From: a virus
DNA length: 64,000 bases
Direction: 5' to 3' (one strand)
IMG/VR virus record: IMGVR_UViG_3300005518_000003
Location: 1 to 64,000 of that record
Shown here piece after piece: positions 54,957 through 63,591 of this stretch (its first letter is position 1; every line of letters starts with the position of its first letter). The notes under the pieces are model-generated. The model had not been told where the DNA came from, did not search any database, and worked only from the letters and a program-made list of their open reading frames with translations. The translations under genes were made by a program, and so were the position numbers.

Positions 54957-55447
54957 TGAAGGAGCGCGAGACCGTCGATCGACTGATCGCGCTCGCGCTC
55001 GATCGGGGAGCATCCGAAAACGAATCCCGGAATGCCGCGCTTCTCGCGGTCAAGCTCATCGACGAGCACGACATGCTTGGCGCTCATCTCTTCGAGGAGA
55101 AAACGAAAAGGAAGCGTCCATCGATCTCGATCATGATCGAATTCAAGTCGGTGTTGGAAAAGATTCAGTCCGCCGACTTCGAGGGTGCGATTCGCGAGAT
55201 CGAAGTGATCAAGCGTCGCGCCGAACGGCTATCGCACGAGCGCATTCGAAACATGCGCGACGACATGGAGGCGAAACCGACGTGGACCGAGCAGACTACC
55301 CACCATGCCCGGCATGCGTCGCAAATCCACGAGTGTGCGCACTGCCACGAGACCATCATGCTCTGGTCGTGGATGGTGAATCCGCACCGCGGATCGATCG
55401 CGATGCACCTCCGGTGCTTTAGAGAAGGTGGCCATGGAAAACGTTGA
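54956..55447 (+). CDS. DUF2786-like paralogue of 49126..49782
   Basis: RLIALALDRGASENESRNAA. Confidence 0.6.
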   Translation: MKERETVDRLIALALDRGASENESRNAALLAVKLIDEHDMLGAHLFEEKTKRKRPSISIMIEFKSVLEKIQSADFEGAIREIEVIKRRAERLSHERIRNMRDDMEAKPTWTEQTTHHARHASQIHECAHCHETIMLWSWMVNPHRGSIAMHLRCFREGGHGKR

Positions 55448-55856
55448 TCCGAATTTGCTCGAGATCGCCGAGTACCTCCGCGAATCGGCCAAGATGTGGA
55501 AGTACGTCGGGCCTCGCCCATACGAGGGATGGGAGATCCTGGTGTACGCACCGAACTTCCCGAGGCCTCAAGGAGTTCCAGAGGAATGGCGACTCTCGGC
55601 ACGCCGAAGTAATCGCAGGACACCTACAGACAATGATCTCCGATGGCTGACGAAGCTCGCGAAGGCCGTGAGCGAAGACAAGGCGGAAGGACCGTTCGAG
55701 GCGACCGGAAAAGTCGAACACAACTTGAACGGATTTCGCGACAACATCACGTTCACGCACTATTTCACGTGGTCGGTGAAGAGAGAAGACAATGATTGGG
55801 ATGGATTCGAAAATGACGACGGAGATTCGGAGGACGAAGATGCAACTCGAGGATGA
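55428..55856 (+). CDS. Hypothetical protein
   Basis: ORF with acidic tail. Confidence 0.5.
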   Translation: MAMENVDPNLLEIAEYLRESAKMWKYVGPRPYEGWEILVYAPNFPRPQGVPEEWRLSARRSNRRTPTDNDLRWLTKLAKAVSEDKAEGPFEATGKVEHNLNGFRDNITFTHYFTWSVKREDNDWDGFENDDGDSEDEDATRG

Positions 55857-56163
55857 GACGAAGGCGTTGATCAATCGATCGAACCAGCTCCATGCGGCGC
55901 TCATGGAACAGAAGAAAATTCAGGCCGCGTTCTGGGATCGCTTCCACGGCGCTTCGAAGAAGCTCCATGAGGTAAGCGATGCATTCGCAGCATCACTTAT
56001 CTCCAAGGAGGAGTGGGCGGCCTTCTACGTCGAGTGGCAAAAGATTCGCGAAGAGGATCCGCCGAAACCGCCGGACGCGACGGATTGGACGATCGCAAAA
56101 GAGGAAGCGATGATGGCTGTCGCTCAAGACGCCGGTCTTCGTCTACGCATCGACGGACTATGA
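55813..56163 (+). CDS. Hypothetical helical protein
   Basis: Coupled ORF. Confidence 0.5.
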   Translation: MTTEIRRTKMQLEDETKALINRSNQLHAALMEQKKIQAAFWDRFHGASKKLHEVSDAFAASLISKEEWAAFYVEWQKIREEDPPKPPDATDWTIAKEEAMMAVAQDAGLRLRIDGL

Positions 56164-56492
56164 AGAACCAACGCATATTCCTCAAGCTCTGCGAGCCGTG
56201 CAGAAAAAAGTCTTGCACTCCAGGCGCGAAATCTCCGCACACCGTACTGCGTATCCAAACGTCTTCCGAGAATGCCGGTCCCCTTCTTCCATGGCCGATG
56301 GAAGAGGATTGGGTCGATCTCTGCAACGAATGCAAAGCGAAGATCATGCAGGCCGTGCGGCTCTTGATCTCGGACAACCTTCAGCCTGCGGCCGTCGTCG
56401 TCGAGATGACGGAGATACCGATCCGAAAGGAACTTGATCGAACGTGCCGTACCGACCTGCTCCTTCTTATCGAGGAGCTACGAGGGTCGTGA
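56160..56492 (+). CDS. Zn-finger hypothetical protein
   Basis: CEPC...DLCNEC. Confidence 0.5.
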   Translation: MKNQRIFLKLCEPCRKKSCTPGAKSPHTVLRIQTSSENAGPLLPWPMEEDWVDLCNECKAKIMQAVRLLISDNLQPAAVVVEMTEIPIRKELDRTCRTDLLLLIEELRGS

Positions 56493-56732
56493 TCCACATC
56501 ATCCTACGCATCTATCTCCTTCTTTTTCCGCGGTGCGAGATGATGGTGAGCTTTCTTACCGACTTTTCGCACTGCAACGACTCGTCGGCGTGGGCGACGC
56601 ATTGCTACGCGAAGAGTGATTGGGACTACGGCGGGGCAATGCCAGCGGAGCCACTGACACGTCGCTACGATCCCGAGGCGTTCATCATCCAACTGCCGTT
56701 CGTTCGCAGCGTGAGCTGCTGGCGTTAGGCGA

Positions 56733-57065
56733 TCACCGAAGTCTCTTCGCGAGTTGCCAGCCGAGCAAACCGCCGCCAATAATTCCGGCGCCGGCAGCGA
56801 TGAGGCTGTACTTCACAACGGCGGAACGCGCAGCCTGCGCGCCCGTTTCTCCGGCCATGGCAGCTTGTTGATGGACGTAGTCTTTCGAGCTGTTGATGAC
56901 GCTCTGAGCGAGGCTATCGAGCTGCGGTTTCACCTGGGCGATGATCTGGGCTCGGATGTTCGCTTCGAGTCTAGCAATCTCGCTATCGACGGTCTTGCGA
57001 ACGTCGAGCAGATCTCCGGGTGAGAGCCCGAGACCGATGCGCGCGGCGAGCTCGGCGTCGTTCAT
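56733..57065 (-). CDS. Small C-anchored membrane protein with GLG leader
   Basis: MNDAELAARIGLG...SLIAAGAGIIGGGLLGWQLAKRLR. Confidence 0.65.
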   Translation of the reverse strand: MNDAELAARIGLGLSPGDLLDVRKTVDSEIARLEANIRAQIIAQVKPQLDSLAQSVINSSKDYVHQQAAMAGETGAQAARSAVVKYSLIAAGAGIIGGGLLGWQLAKRLR

Positions 57066-57280
57066 CGAATCCCTGCTGCTCGCTGAAGCTCTGGAATTTG
57101 ATCCGTAGGGATAAGGAATCCGCCCTGGGCTGCCGTAGCCCAACCAGCCTTCCAGAGGGATTCATAGATGCTCCAACCTTCGTCGCTCGGGACGAGAATG
57201 CGACCACGAGCGAGAAGAAGCTTCACGAGTGCGCGAAGTTGCGGAGGTCGGAGCTGTTCGAGAGATTTTTTCTTTTTCAT
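57062..57280 (-). CDS. Small hypothetical protein
   Basis: 4-nt overlaps on both sides. Confidence 0.5.
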   Translation of the reverse strand: MKKKKSLEQLRPPQLRALVKLLLARGRILVPSDEGWSIYESLWKAGWATAAQGGFLIPTDQIPELQRAAGIR

Positions 57281-58077
57281 CCGAACCTCACGACGGCTTT
57301 GATCGGCGTACCCTGAAATTGAATCGTGCGCATGCGCCCGCCGGGCGGAAGCTGGCGCAAACGGATGTACTGGTCAGTGACGTCGACCTTTCCGCTTTTG
57401 AAACCGTGCTTCTTCGCCCATGTTTGCGCAGTCTCCGGTGTGAAACTCGAACGCGGAAAGAGGAGCGTCTGCACGCGACCGCCGCCGGCTCCAGGAGCTT
57501 TCGATGCTGGACGTTTTCCAGGAAGACGCTTGACCGGATTTTCTTCAGCGGCTGCAAGACGTCCAACGACAGGGATTTGCCGAAAGAGATCAGGGCGGAA
57601 GTAGTAGACCGCCCCGCCCGTGGCGGCAGCGATGAGTGCGACCGTGACGACTGGATGCTCTTTCACCCAAGCAGCAGCTCCTCCCGAACCGATCGCACCC
57701 TCGTACTCATTTTGGTATTGGAGAACTTTTTGGACGTAGTTTTGCGTTTCCGCGTACGGAGGAATGCCTCCAGCTTGAGCGACCGCACCTGGACCTGCGT
57801 TGTACGCAGCCACCGCCAAAGGTGTGGAGCCAAACCTCTGCAAGTTCTGTTTCATGAGGCGCGCAGCGCCGTCGATCGCTTGCGCCGGATCCATGGGGTT
57901 CACCCCGAGGTTTGCTGCCACTTCAGGCATGATTTGCATGAGACCCCGTGCGCCCGCTGGGCTCATCGCGTTCGGATTGAATCCGGATTCCGCCCTCGCC
58001 ATCGCAGCGAGCAAGGCAGGGTCGACGTGGTATTTCTTACCGGCGGCGACGAAGAGCGAAGCGTACGGAATGCTCAT
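57277..58077 (-). CDS. Lytic transglycosylase (SLT) with TM anchor and extra C-terminal domain
   Basis: AESGFNPNA.SPAGARGLMQ.MP, AAYNAGPG, PPY.ETQNYV; TM VVTVALIAAATGGAVYYF. Confidence 0.95.
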   Translation of the reverse strand: MSIPYASLFVAAGKKYHVDPALLAAMARAESGFNPNAMSPAGARGLMQIMPEVAANLGVNPMDPAQAIDGAARLMKQNLQRFGSTPLAVAAYNAGPGAVAQAGGIPPYAETQNYVQKVLQYQNEYEGAIGSGGAAAWVKEHPVVTVALIAAATGGAVYYFRPDLFRQIPVVGRLAAAEENPVKRLPGKRPASKAPGAGGGRVQTLLFPRSSFTPETAQTWAKKHGFKSGKVDVTDQYIRLRQLPPGGRMRTIQFQGTPIKAVVRFG

Positions 58078-58718
58078 CGGCGGAAGTATCCTTTGCGCCA
58101 GAGGACCGCAGCGGTCGCGATCGCTCCGACAGCGCCAACTGCAACGAATATCTTCGTCGTGCTGCTCCATTGGCTGCTAATGGCTTTCGCAACAGCGCTT
58201 GCCCACGTTTGAGCTCCAGCACCGTAGAGATGTACGCCATCGCCTTGGCCGGCGTTCACCGCTGCTTGCGTCGCCGGCCTGGAATCGAAGACGGCAGAAC
58301 CGGCTGCCTTGTAGAACGCCGCGACGGCAGCATTCGTGTAGTACGGCACGTTCCCACGCGTCGCGGGCGGACCAATCCAGAACGTTTGCTTCGCGTTGTA
58401 GCTCGCGATCGCCTTTTTGATGTCGGCGACGGCTTGCGTGACGGAGCGACCGCCCGCGGCGGCATTCGCTGCATCGTTCGTCCCGAGCGAGACGATAAGC
58501 AGATCAGGTGAGTGCGGGAGCTTCGACTGGTCGACGCACCACGAGTTGTCAGGTCGACAAACGGTCTGTCTCGTGGCCCACATCAGGCCGTTCGAGGATC
58601 CAACGCCCGCGACGGTGACGATGTAACCCTGCGCCTGGAGAAGCTTCGCGAGATCCGGCCCGAATGCACCCACCGGCTCGACATGGCTGTCGCCAATAAT
58701 GAGCGCGGTTTTCGCCAT
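58074..58718 (-). CDS. SGNH/GDSL esterase with C-terminal TM
   Basis: IGDSH, GVGS, SLGTND and DGVH blocks. Confidence 0.9.
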   Translation of the reverse strand: MAKTALIIGDSHVEPVGAFGPDLAKLLQAQGYIVTVAGVGSSNGLMWATRQTVCRPDNSWCVDQSKLPHSPDLLIVSLGTNDAANAAAGGRSVTQAVADIKKAIASYNAKQTFWIGPPATRGNVPYYTNAAVAAFYKAAGSAVFDSRPATQAAVNAGQGDGVHLYGAGAQTWASAVAKAISSQWSSTTKIFVAVGAVGAIATAAVLWRKGYFRR

Positions 58719-58743
58719 GGGGAGAGCTTACCTTTCCCGACCG

Positions 58744-59337
58744 TCAGGCCGCAACCATAGGTACAGTCCGCCCCTGATAGTCCGCGTAAACGAAGTCGAT
58801 GTCGACCTCGACGCCCGCACGTTCGACCTCGCACACGCATTGGTACATGCACCATCCGCACTTCGGTGCGGCTTCGGCACCGTTTCGATCGAGAACGCGC
58901 GAGCACGAGTGCCAGTATCGAACGACCGCAAGCTTGTAGAGCTCGAGACTCGTAAGAAGCGCGCCTGCGCCAACATAGAGACCTGGGATGTAGCCCGCGG
59001 CTTTGAGCGCGTTCGCCCACGTGTTGATCCGATTTTGTAGCGTGACGACGTCGTCGGTAACGCCTTCGACGTCGAGCCACACCACGGTGCCTTTTGGAAT
59101 ACCGAGACGCTGGAGCGCAGCGATCTCGTCAGACGGATCGAAGCTGTTCGCGTAGGAGATGAGCGTGACCGCGAGTCCTGCGCGAAGGATGTCCGAAAGT
59201 TCGGCTGCCGATAGAGATACGACGTATCGACCGACGAATCGAAAACCCGCGTCGAAGAGCTTGAGGCTGTCCATGTATGTGAGTTTGACAACGGTATCCG
59301 CACCTTTGGATCCGGCTTCAAGCGTGACGACGTTCAT
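58744..59337 (-). CDS. DUF1906-like (GH25-related) glycoside hydrolase, putative endolysin
   Basis: GADT, GFRFVGRY, VWLDVEG, GY.PGLYVG, Q......ID.D. Confidence 0.75.
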   Translation of the reverse strand: MNVVTLEAGSKGADTVVKLTYMDSLKLFDAGFRFVGRYVVSLSAAELSDILRAGLAVTLISYANSFDPSDEIAALQRLGIPKGTVVWLDVEGVTDDVVTLQNRINTWANALKAAGYIPGLYVGAGALLTSLELYKLAVVRYWHSCSRVLDRNGAEAAPKCGWCMYQCVCEVERAGVEVDIDFVYADYQGRTVPMVAA

Positions 59338-60232
59338 CGGCTTGCTCCTGTTCGTTCTCCGTTTCCCACGGGTAGCTGCACGAAACATAAAGCGACTCGC
59401 AGGGAAATTCTTCGGTGAGGGGGACAATGATCTCCTGGTCGCGCATCAGTCGAGCGAGTTGGGCGCTGGAGACTTTCATCTCTCCGAGCGACTCTTTGAG
59501 CTGCTCTTTCGTAATGCGAAGCTTGCGCTCTTTTTCTCCACGAGTCGTAGGTGTCCAGCTCGTGAAGGCTGCATCGGAAAGATTGACGCGAACGACCGCC
59601 TCTTCAAGCCCAAGCCACGCGAGAAGCGCGCTGAAAGATTCGCCGTCCCAGTCTTCGAACGCGCGCGGGAAGACCGTGCCGTAACCACCACCATCTTGCT
59701 CAGGACCGCTTCCTTCGGTCGAGATTTGCTCCCAATACGCATTCGCAAAGATCCGTTCGGGCATCTTCTCGAAGAGCGCTTCCACTGTTTCGCGAAGCTC
59801 TGGGTCGGCGCGGCCGGCAAGTTCGTCTCGCGTATCACGAAGGCCGTAGTCGTTCCAATTCTCGTCCTGGATTTCTTGGGTGAGATCACTCTCGTCGCTT
59901 TCACTTAGAATTGGATACTCTTCGAGTGCGTCGATCGCTTCTTTCTGATCGGTCGGCGCAATGTCGATGCGAACGAAGATGCCGCTGCTTCCGAGATCCC
60001 ACCACGTTTTTCCTTCGGTCTCCGCGAAGTCGTCTTTCCACACGCGATAGTTCGATTCATTCGTCGGCCCACCCGAGTCATACGAGCGCGAGTGGTACGT
60101 GTACGGCACCATCGTGAAGGCCTTCGGCCATCGCTTGATCATGTACTCTGCGTCGCTGTAGTCCGGTTCGTGATCGCGAAGGTACGCGAGCGGTTTGTTT
60201 CGAAACTCGCCGTACTCGAGGTCATAGCTCAT
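59318..60232 (-). CDS. Acidic hypothetical phage protein
   Basis: ESNY...LEEYPILSESD.S pattern. Confidence 0.65.
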   Translation of the reverse strand: MSYDLEYGEFRNKPLAYLRDHEPDYSDAEYMIKRWPKAFTMVPYTYHSRSYDSGGPTNESNYRVWKDDFAETEGKTWWDLGSSGIFVRIDIAPTDQKEAIDALEEYPILSESDESDLTQEIQDENWNDYGLRDTRDELAGRADPELRETVEALFEKMPERIFANAYWEQISTEGSGPEQDGGGYGTVFPRAFEDWDGESFSALLAWLGLEEAVVRVNLSDAAFTSWTPTTRGEKERKLRITKEQLKESLGEMKVSSAQLARLMRDQEIIVPLTEEFPCESLYVSCSYPWETENEQEQADERRHA

Positions 60233-60438
60233 AGCCGGATCCCCAAGATGCGTAGTGCGATACTGGCGTCTGCGCGATGGCGAAGCTCCGAAGCAATTTT
60301 GGAAAGCCGCTGGTGTTCACGAATTTCTTCTTCGGCCGGAAGTGCCGGACGTCCGTTGACGATTCGATTCACGATCGCATCCTGCGCCTCGAGATCAAAG
60401 AGGCGAGAGAGCTCCTGAAGCATCGCCGGTTTCATCAT
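60229..60438 (-). CDS. Small hypothetical protein
   Basis: Coupled ORF. Confidence 0.45.
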   Translation of the reverse strand: MMKPAMLQELSRLFDLEAQDAIVNRIVNGRPALPAEEEIREHQRLSKIASELRHRADASIALRILGIRL

Positions 60439-60665
60439 CGCCGGACGACGACCATTCCGAGACCGATGAGATCGTAGATGCCGCCAACCACCTTAGTCAG
60501 AGCTTTGCCTTTGACAATCGCGTACGTTCCCGATCCGAGAAGAAGAGCGCCGCCAAGTTGCGGAGCTCCCAGCACGGCGGAAGCGATACCAACGAGACCA
60601 CCGATCGTGAGGACGGAATCGACGTTCTCGGGCGGATTCCGTTTTGCTTTTCTTCGACGTCGCAT
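60435..60665 (-). CDS. Small hydrophobic membrane protein
   Basis: MRRRRKAKRNP, then Gly-rich TMs. Confidence 0.6.
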   Translation of the reverse strand: MRRRRKAKRNPPENVDSVLTIGGLVGIASAVLGAPQLGGALLLGSGTYAIVKGKALTKVVGGIYDLIGLGMVVVRR

Positions 60666-61003
60666 CAGTCCTCCTCGCGTTTGATCGGTGGTCTAAACGG
60701 TGCGGGATCCGTATCTGGGGCAGGTTCGAGCGGTGGAGGTCTTTCGAGAGCTTGCCTCGATTCGGGTGAAGTTGGAACATCATCCTCATCGTCCTCGGGA
60801 AGCCCATGCTGCTTGCGCCATTCTTTGTAGCGATCGGGCTTGACGTACCGAAGATGGCGCTTTTCTTCGTTGTCCCAGCACCACGCACAAGGCCCTTCGA
60901 TCTCCGTCGATGGGCGCTTTTGCGAGTTACACTGCGGACAGTGAAGCCACCCGAAGGCTTGGAGCACACCGCTCGGTTTTGCCCACGGACGCTTCTCGCT
61001 CAT
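60665..61003 (-). CDS. Zn-finger hypothetical protein
   Basis: CPQC..CAWC. Confidence 0.5.
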   Translation of the reverse strand: MSEKRPWAKPSGVLQAFGWLHCPQCNSQKRPSTEIEGPCAWCWDNEEKRHLRYVKPDRYKEWRKQHGLPEDDEDDVPTSPESRQALERPPPLEPAPDTDPAPFRPPIKREED

Positions 61004-61023
61004 TGCTCCCGTATCATAGCCGG

Positions 61024-61212
61024 ATGAGCCCGCATCGTCGTCGCTGTCTCACGAAAGCGATCTTGGAACTGAAAGGTGCGCTCGCTGGAGTCACCGCGGA
61101 AAAACTCCTCAAGATGAGCGATAGGGAGCTCACCACGGTCTACGAAGAAATCGAGAAGTCGCTGGCGGCGGCAAACGCCACCGAACCGATGCCTCCGCCA
61201 AGAGAAGGCTAG
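61024..61212 (+). CDS. Small hypothetical protein
   Basis: TATCAT-N6-ATG start. Confidence 0.45.
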   Translation: MSPHRRRCLTKAILELKGALAGVTAEKLLKMSDRELTTVYEEIEKSLAAANATEPMPPPREG

Positions 61213-61652
61213 ATGGGTGCGATTCGGCGAATGGAAACCACCTGGAGGTCGATGGGGTTTCCTGCAATCGGGTTTGTGACGCTGAAATCGACGTTGGTCC
61301 CATTGATCGCGGGAGCATTGACGGTCGGAGGATTCGCAAGTCCAGGCTGAATGACTTGGAATTCATTCTGCGTCGCGATGAACGGGGTATTGAGATTCAC
61401 CTCCGAACGAAGCGTGGTGTACATGTTTCGTTCGAGAGTGTGATCGCGGAACATGAACGTCGTTTCGAGGAGGACCGGGTTCGTTGTCACCGGCACCGAC
61501 AACACGATGACGGGCGCGCCGCTGTCGGGCACCGTCAGTACCGCAGAGAAAGGCGTACCGAAAGAGAGAAGCTGCGTAAGCGCTGACGATGCGGATGTGA
61601 GGGCGCGCCTAATCAGCTTTTCAAGCCGTTCGACACGACCGAGGAGTTTCAT
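61209..61652 (-). CDS. Putative spike-associated protein
   Basis: N-terminal RVERLE coil, then beta-rich domain. Confidence 0.55.
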   Translation of the reverse strand: MKLLGRVERLEKLIRRALTSASSALTQLLSFGTPFSAVLTVPDSGAPVIVLSVPVTTNPVLLETTFMFRDHTLERNMYTTLRSEVNLNTPFIATQNEFQVIQPGLANPPTVNAPAINGTNVDFSVTNPIAGNPIDLQVVSIRRIAPI

Positions 61653-61942
61653 TGCGGCGGCTCGGAATCGAGCGTCCCGAGCGTTTCGGGAATCGTCTCG
61701 TGGAGAACCTCATCGACAGCTTCGGGATCGACGACGGCTGGAGGATCGGTATCTGCGGACAATCCGATCCCGATGGCGTCCGCCCAATCGTCCGCGTTGC
61801 GATGGTCTTCGTCGAAGTGACCTCGGTTCACGTTGTTCGGGTCGGTGACGTCTTCCACACCGCGACCGATGCGAAAGATTTTACCGTCGCGCGTGACCTC
61901 TCCACCGCGCTTGAGAATTTCGAGAGCTTCTTCGAACGTCAT
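61649..61942 (-). CDS. DUF2829/Tad2-like small protein
   Basis: MTFEEALE.LK.G..V.R.G ... A.DW. Confidence 0.55.
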   Translation of the reverse strand: MTFEEALEILKRGGEVTRDGKIFRIGRGVEDVTDPNNVNRGHFDEDHRNADDWADAIGIGLSADTDPPAVVDPEAVDEVLHETIPETLGTLDSEPPQ

Positions 61943-61955
61943 GTTGATCCTCTTT

Positions 61956-62486
61956 TCAGACTTGATATGCGCGGATGCCGTAGACGTTGACCCCGCTCGT
62001 CCCGTCTCCGGTATACGAGAGCCCGTCGTCGACGTCGGAGAGACCGAGGGATGCATCCGTGATCTCCGCGTCGTGGCCACGCACGATCAGGGTGAGATGA
62101 TACCAACCGGATTCCGAAGCCGAGATCTGAAGCTCCACCTTGCCATTCGGCGAGTATTGAGTCCCGCGCGTACCGTCCACGGGTTTGAAGAACGCGTACC
62201 AATCTTGCTCGTCTTCCCCTGCCTCCAAAAAGAGAAGCGACATCCAGAACCACCGGCTGCCCGAATTGTTCTTGACCCAACACTCGAGCCGGACCTCTTC
62301 TCCCGCTGGCGTGGTTGGGTAGACGTCGGATGTCACTTCGTGCGCCGACGCAGAGGAGTCTTCCTTCACGAAGACGGCCGTCGATCCACCATCGGGATCA
62401 GATTGCCCGCCTGTCGTCGTTGTATGGACGAGATACCAGAGATCTCCAGCAGCATTTTCGATCTTCGAGGGAACGATCGTCTTCAT
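61956..62486 (-). CDS. Carbohydrate-binding-like spike/fibre domain protein
   Basis: SGWYHLTL...SYTGDGTSGVNVYG pattern of phage spike fibre domains. Confidence 0.6.
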   Translation of the reverse strand: MKTIVPSKIENAAGDLWYLVHTTTTGGQSDPDGGSTAVFVKEDSSASAHEVTSDVYPTTPAGEEVRLECWVKNNSGSRWFWMSLLFLEAGEDEQDWYAFFKPVDGTRGTQYSPNGKVELQISASESGWYHLTLIVRGHDAEITDASLGLSDVDDGLSYTGDGTSGVNVYGIRAYQV

Positions 62487-62503
62487 GGCAATTCAGCTCC
62501 TCG

Positions 62504-63547
62504 TTATGTGGTCGCGACTTCCCAGTCGATGGTTGAGGTGTCCGCGCCGTTGACCGCTCCGCCGCCCGCCGCGACGAGCGCCGAGATCTGGAACGAGCCT
62601 GGATTTCCGTTGACGCGATCCGCAGCAAGCGCCGCGTACTTTATGGTGAGGGCATCACCAACAGGTGTCTTGAGAGACACGAGAATGCGGCTGTTTGCGT
62701 TGAGAAACGCGGGGATAGCCGCCGTCTTTCCCGTTCCAGCCACGATTGCGGTCGAGCCGCGAGCGACCATCCCGAGAGGAATGACCGCTGCGGCAGCAAC
62801 CTGCGTGTTGTACGGAAGGAGTCCGGGGAATGCCGTCGATGAGACGAAGACGTTTCCCGTGACGCCGACGCCAACGGAAAGCATGTTCGCGTCGAGAACG
62901 GCGGTGTCTTCGATGAAGATCTGAAGCACTCCGCCGACCGATGCGCGAACGGCGATCGAGCCGCCGTCGAGCGTGGAAATGAACGCTCCGTCCTGCATGT
63001 AGAGATTGAGTGATCCCGCCGTCATAGCGAGAAACGAAACGCCGGCACCCGAAAGAACGCTCTGGTAGATCGCCGAGAATCCGCCCATGTAGTAATCGAC
63101 CTGGTTTGCGGCGGTCACGGAGATGACATTCGATGTCGATCGGTTGTCGATCTGAACGTCGAATTGCCCGGAGAGCCCATGGATAGTCACGGCGGCATTC
63201 GCGATCGTGATGAACGGCGCCGAGTTGGTCTTGCTCGCGTTGACCAAGTAAACGGGGCCAGAAATGCCAGGCGGTCGAAGATCCCATGCACCAGCAGGGA
63301 TAACGGCGGCGGCGAGATCAGTGTCGACACCGATCGTAACGTCGCCGTTCACTTTTGCGACGGCAGCAACGACCTCAGCCCAAGTTGCGTAGACGTTGTC
63401 CGCGCTGACGCCACCTGGACGCCAGATGACGCTCGTCGATTGAGCAAAGGAGGTTGCAGAAGCGACGGCGGCAGCGAAAGCTCGATTTTTTTTGAGCAGG
63501 CTTTCGATCCGATCAATGCGCGGTCGACCTGCGGGAATAAACGTCAT
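62504..63547 (-). CDS. Putative spike/fibre protein
   Basis: WRPGG...NVYATWA.V, then Ala/Gly/Val-rich beta-helix-like region. Confidence 0.6.
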   Translation of the reverse strand: MTFIPAGRPRIDRIESLLKKNRAFAAAVASATSFAQSTSVIWRPGGVSADNVYATWAEVVAAVAKVNGDVTIGVDTDLAAAVIPAGAWDLRPPGISGPVYLVNASKTNSAPFITIANAAVTIHGLSGQFDVQIDNRSTSNVISVTAANQVDYYMGGFSAIYQSVLSGAGVSFLAMTAGSLNLYMQDGAFISTLDGGSIAVRASVGGVLQIFIEDTAVLDANMLSVGVGVTGNVFVSSTAFPGLLPYNTQVAAAAVIPLGMVARGSTAIVAGTGKTAAIPAFLNANSRILVSLKTPVGDALTIKYAALAADRVNGNPGSFQISALVAAGGGAVNGADTSTIDWEVATT

Positions 63548-63591
63548 GGCGATCTCCCTAAAACGCTAGAAGTTGACGGACCTCGACGCGG

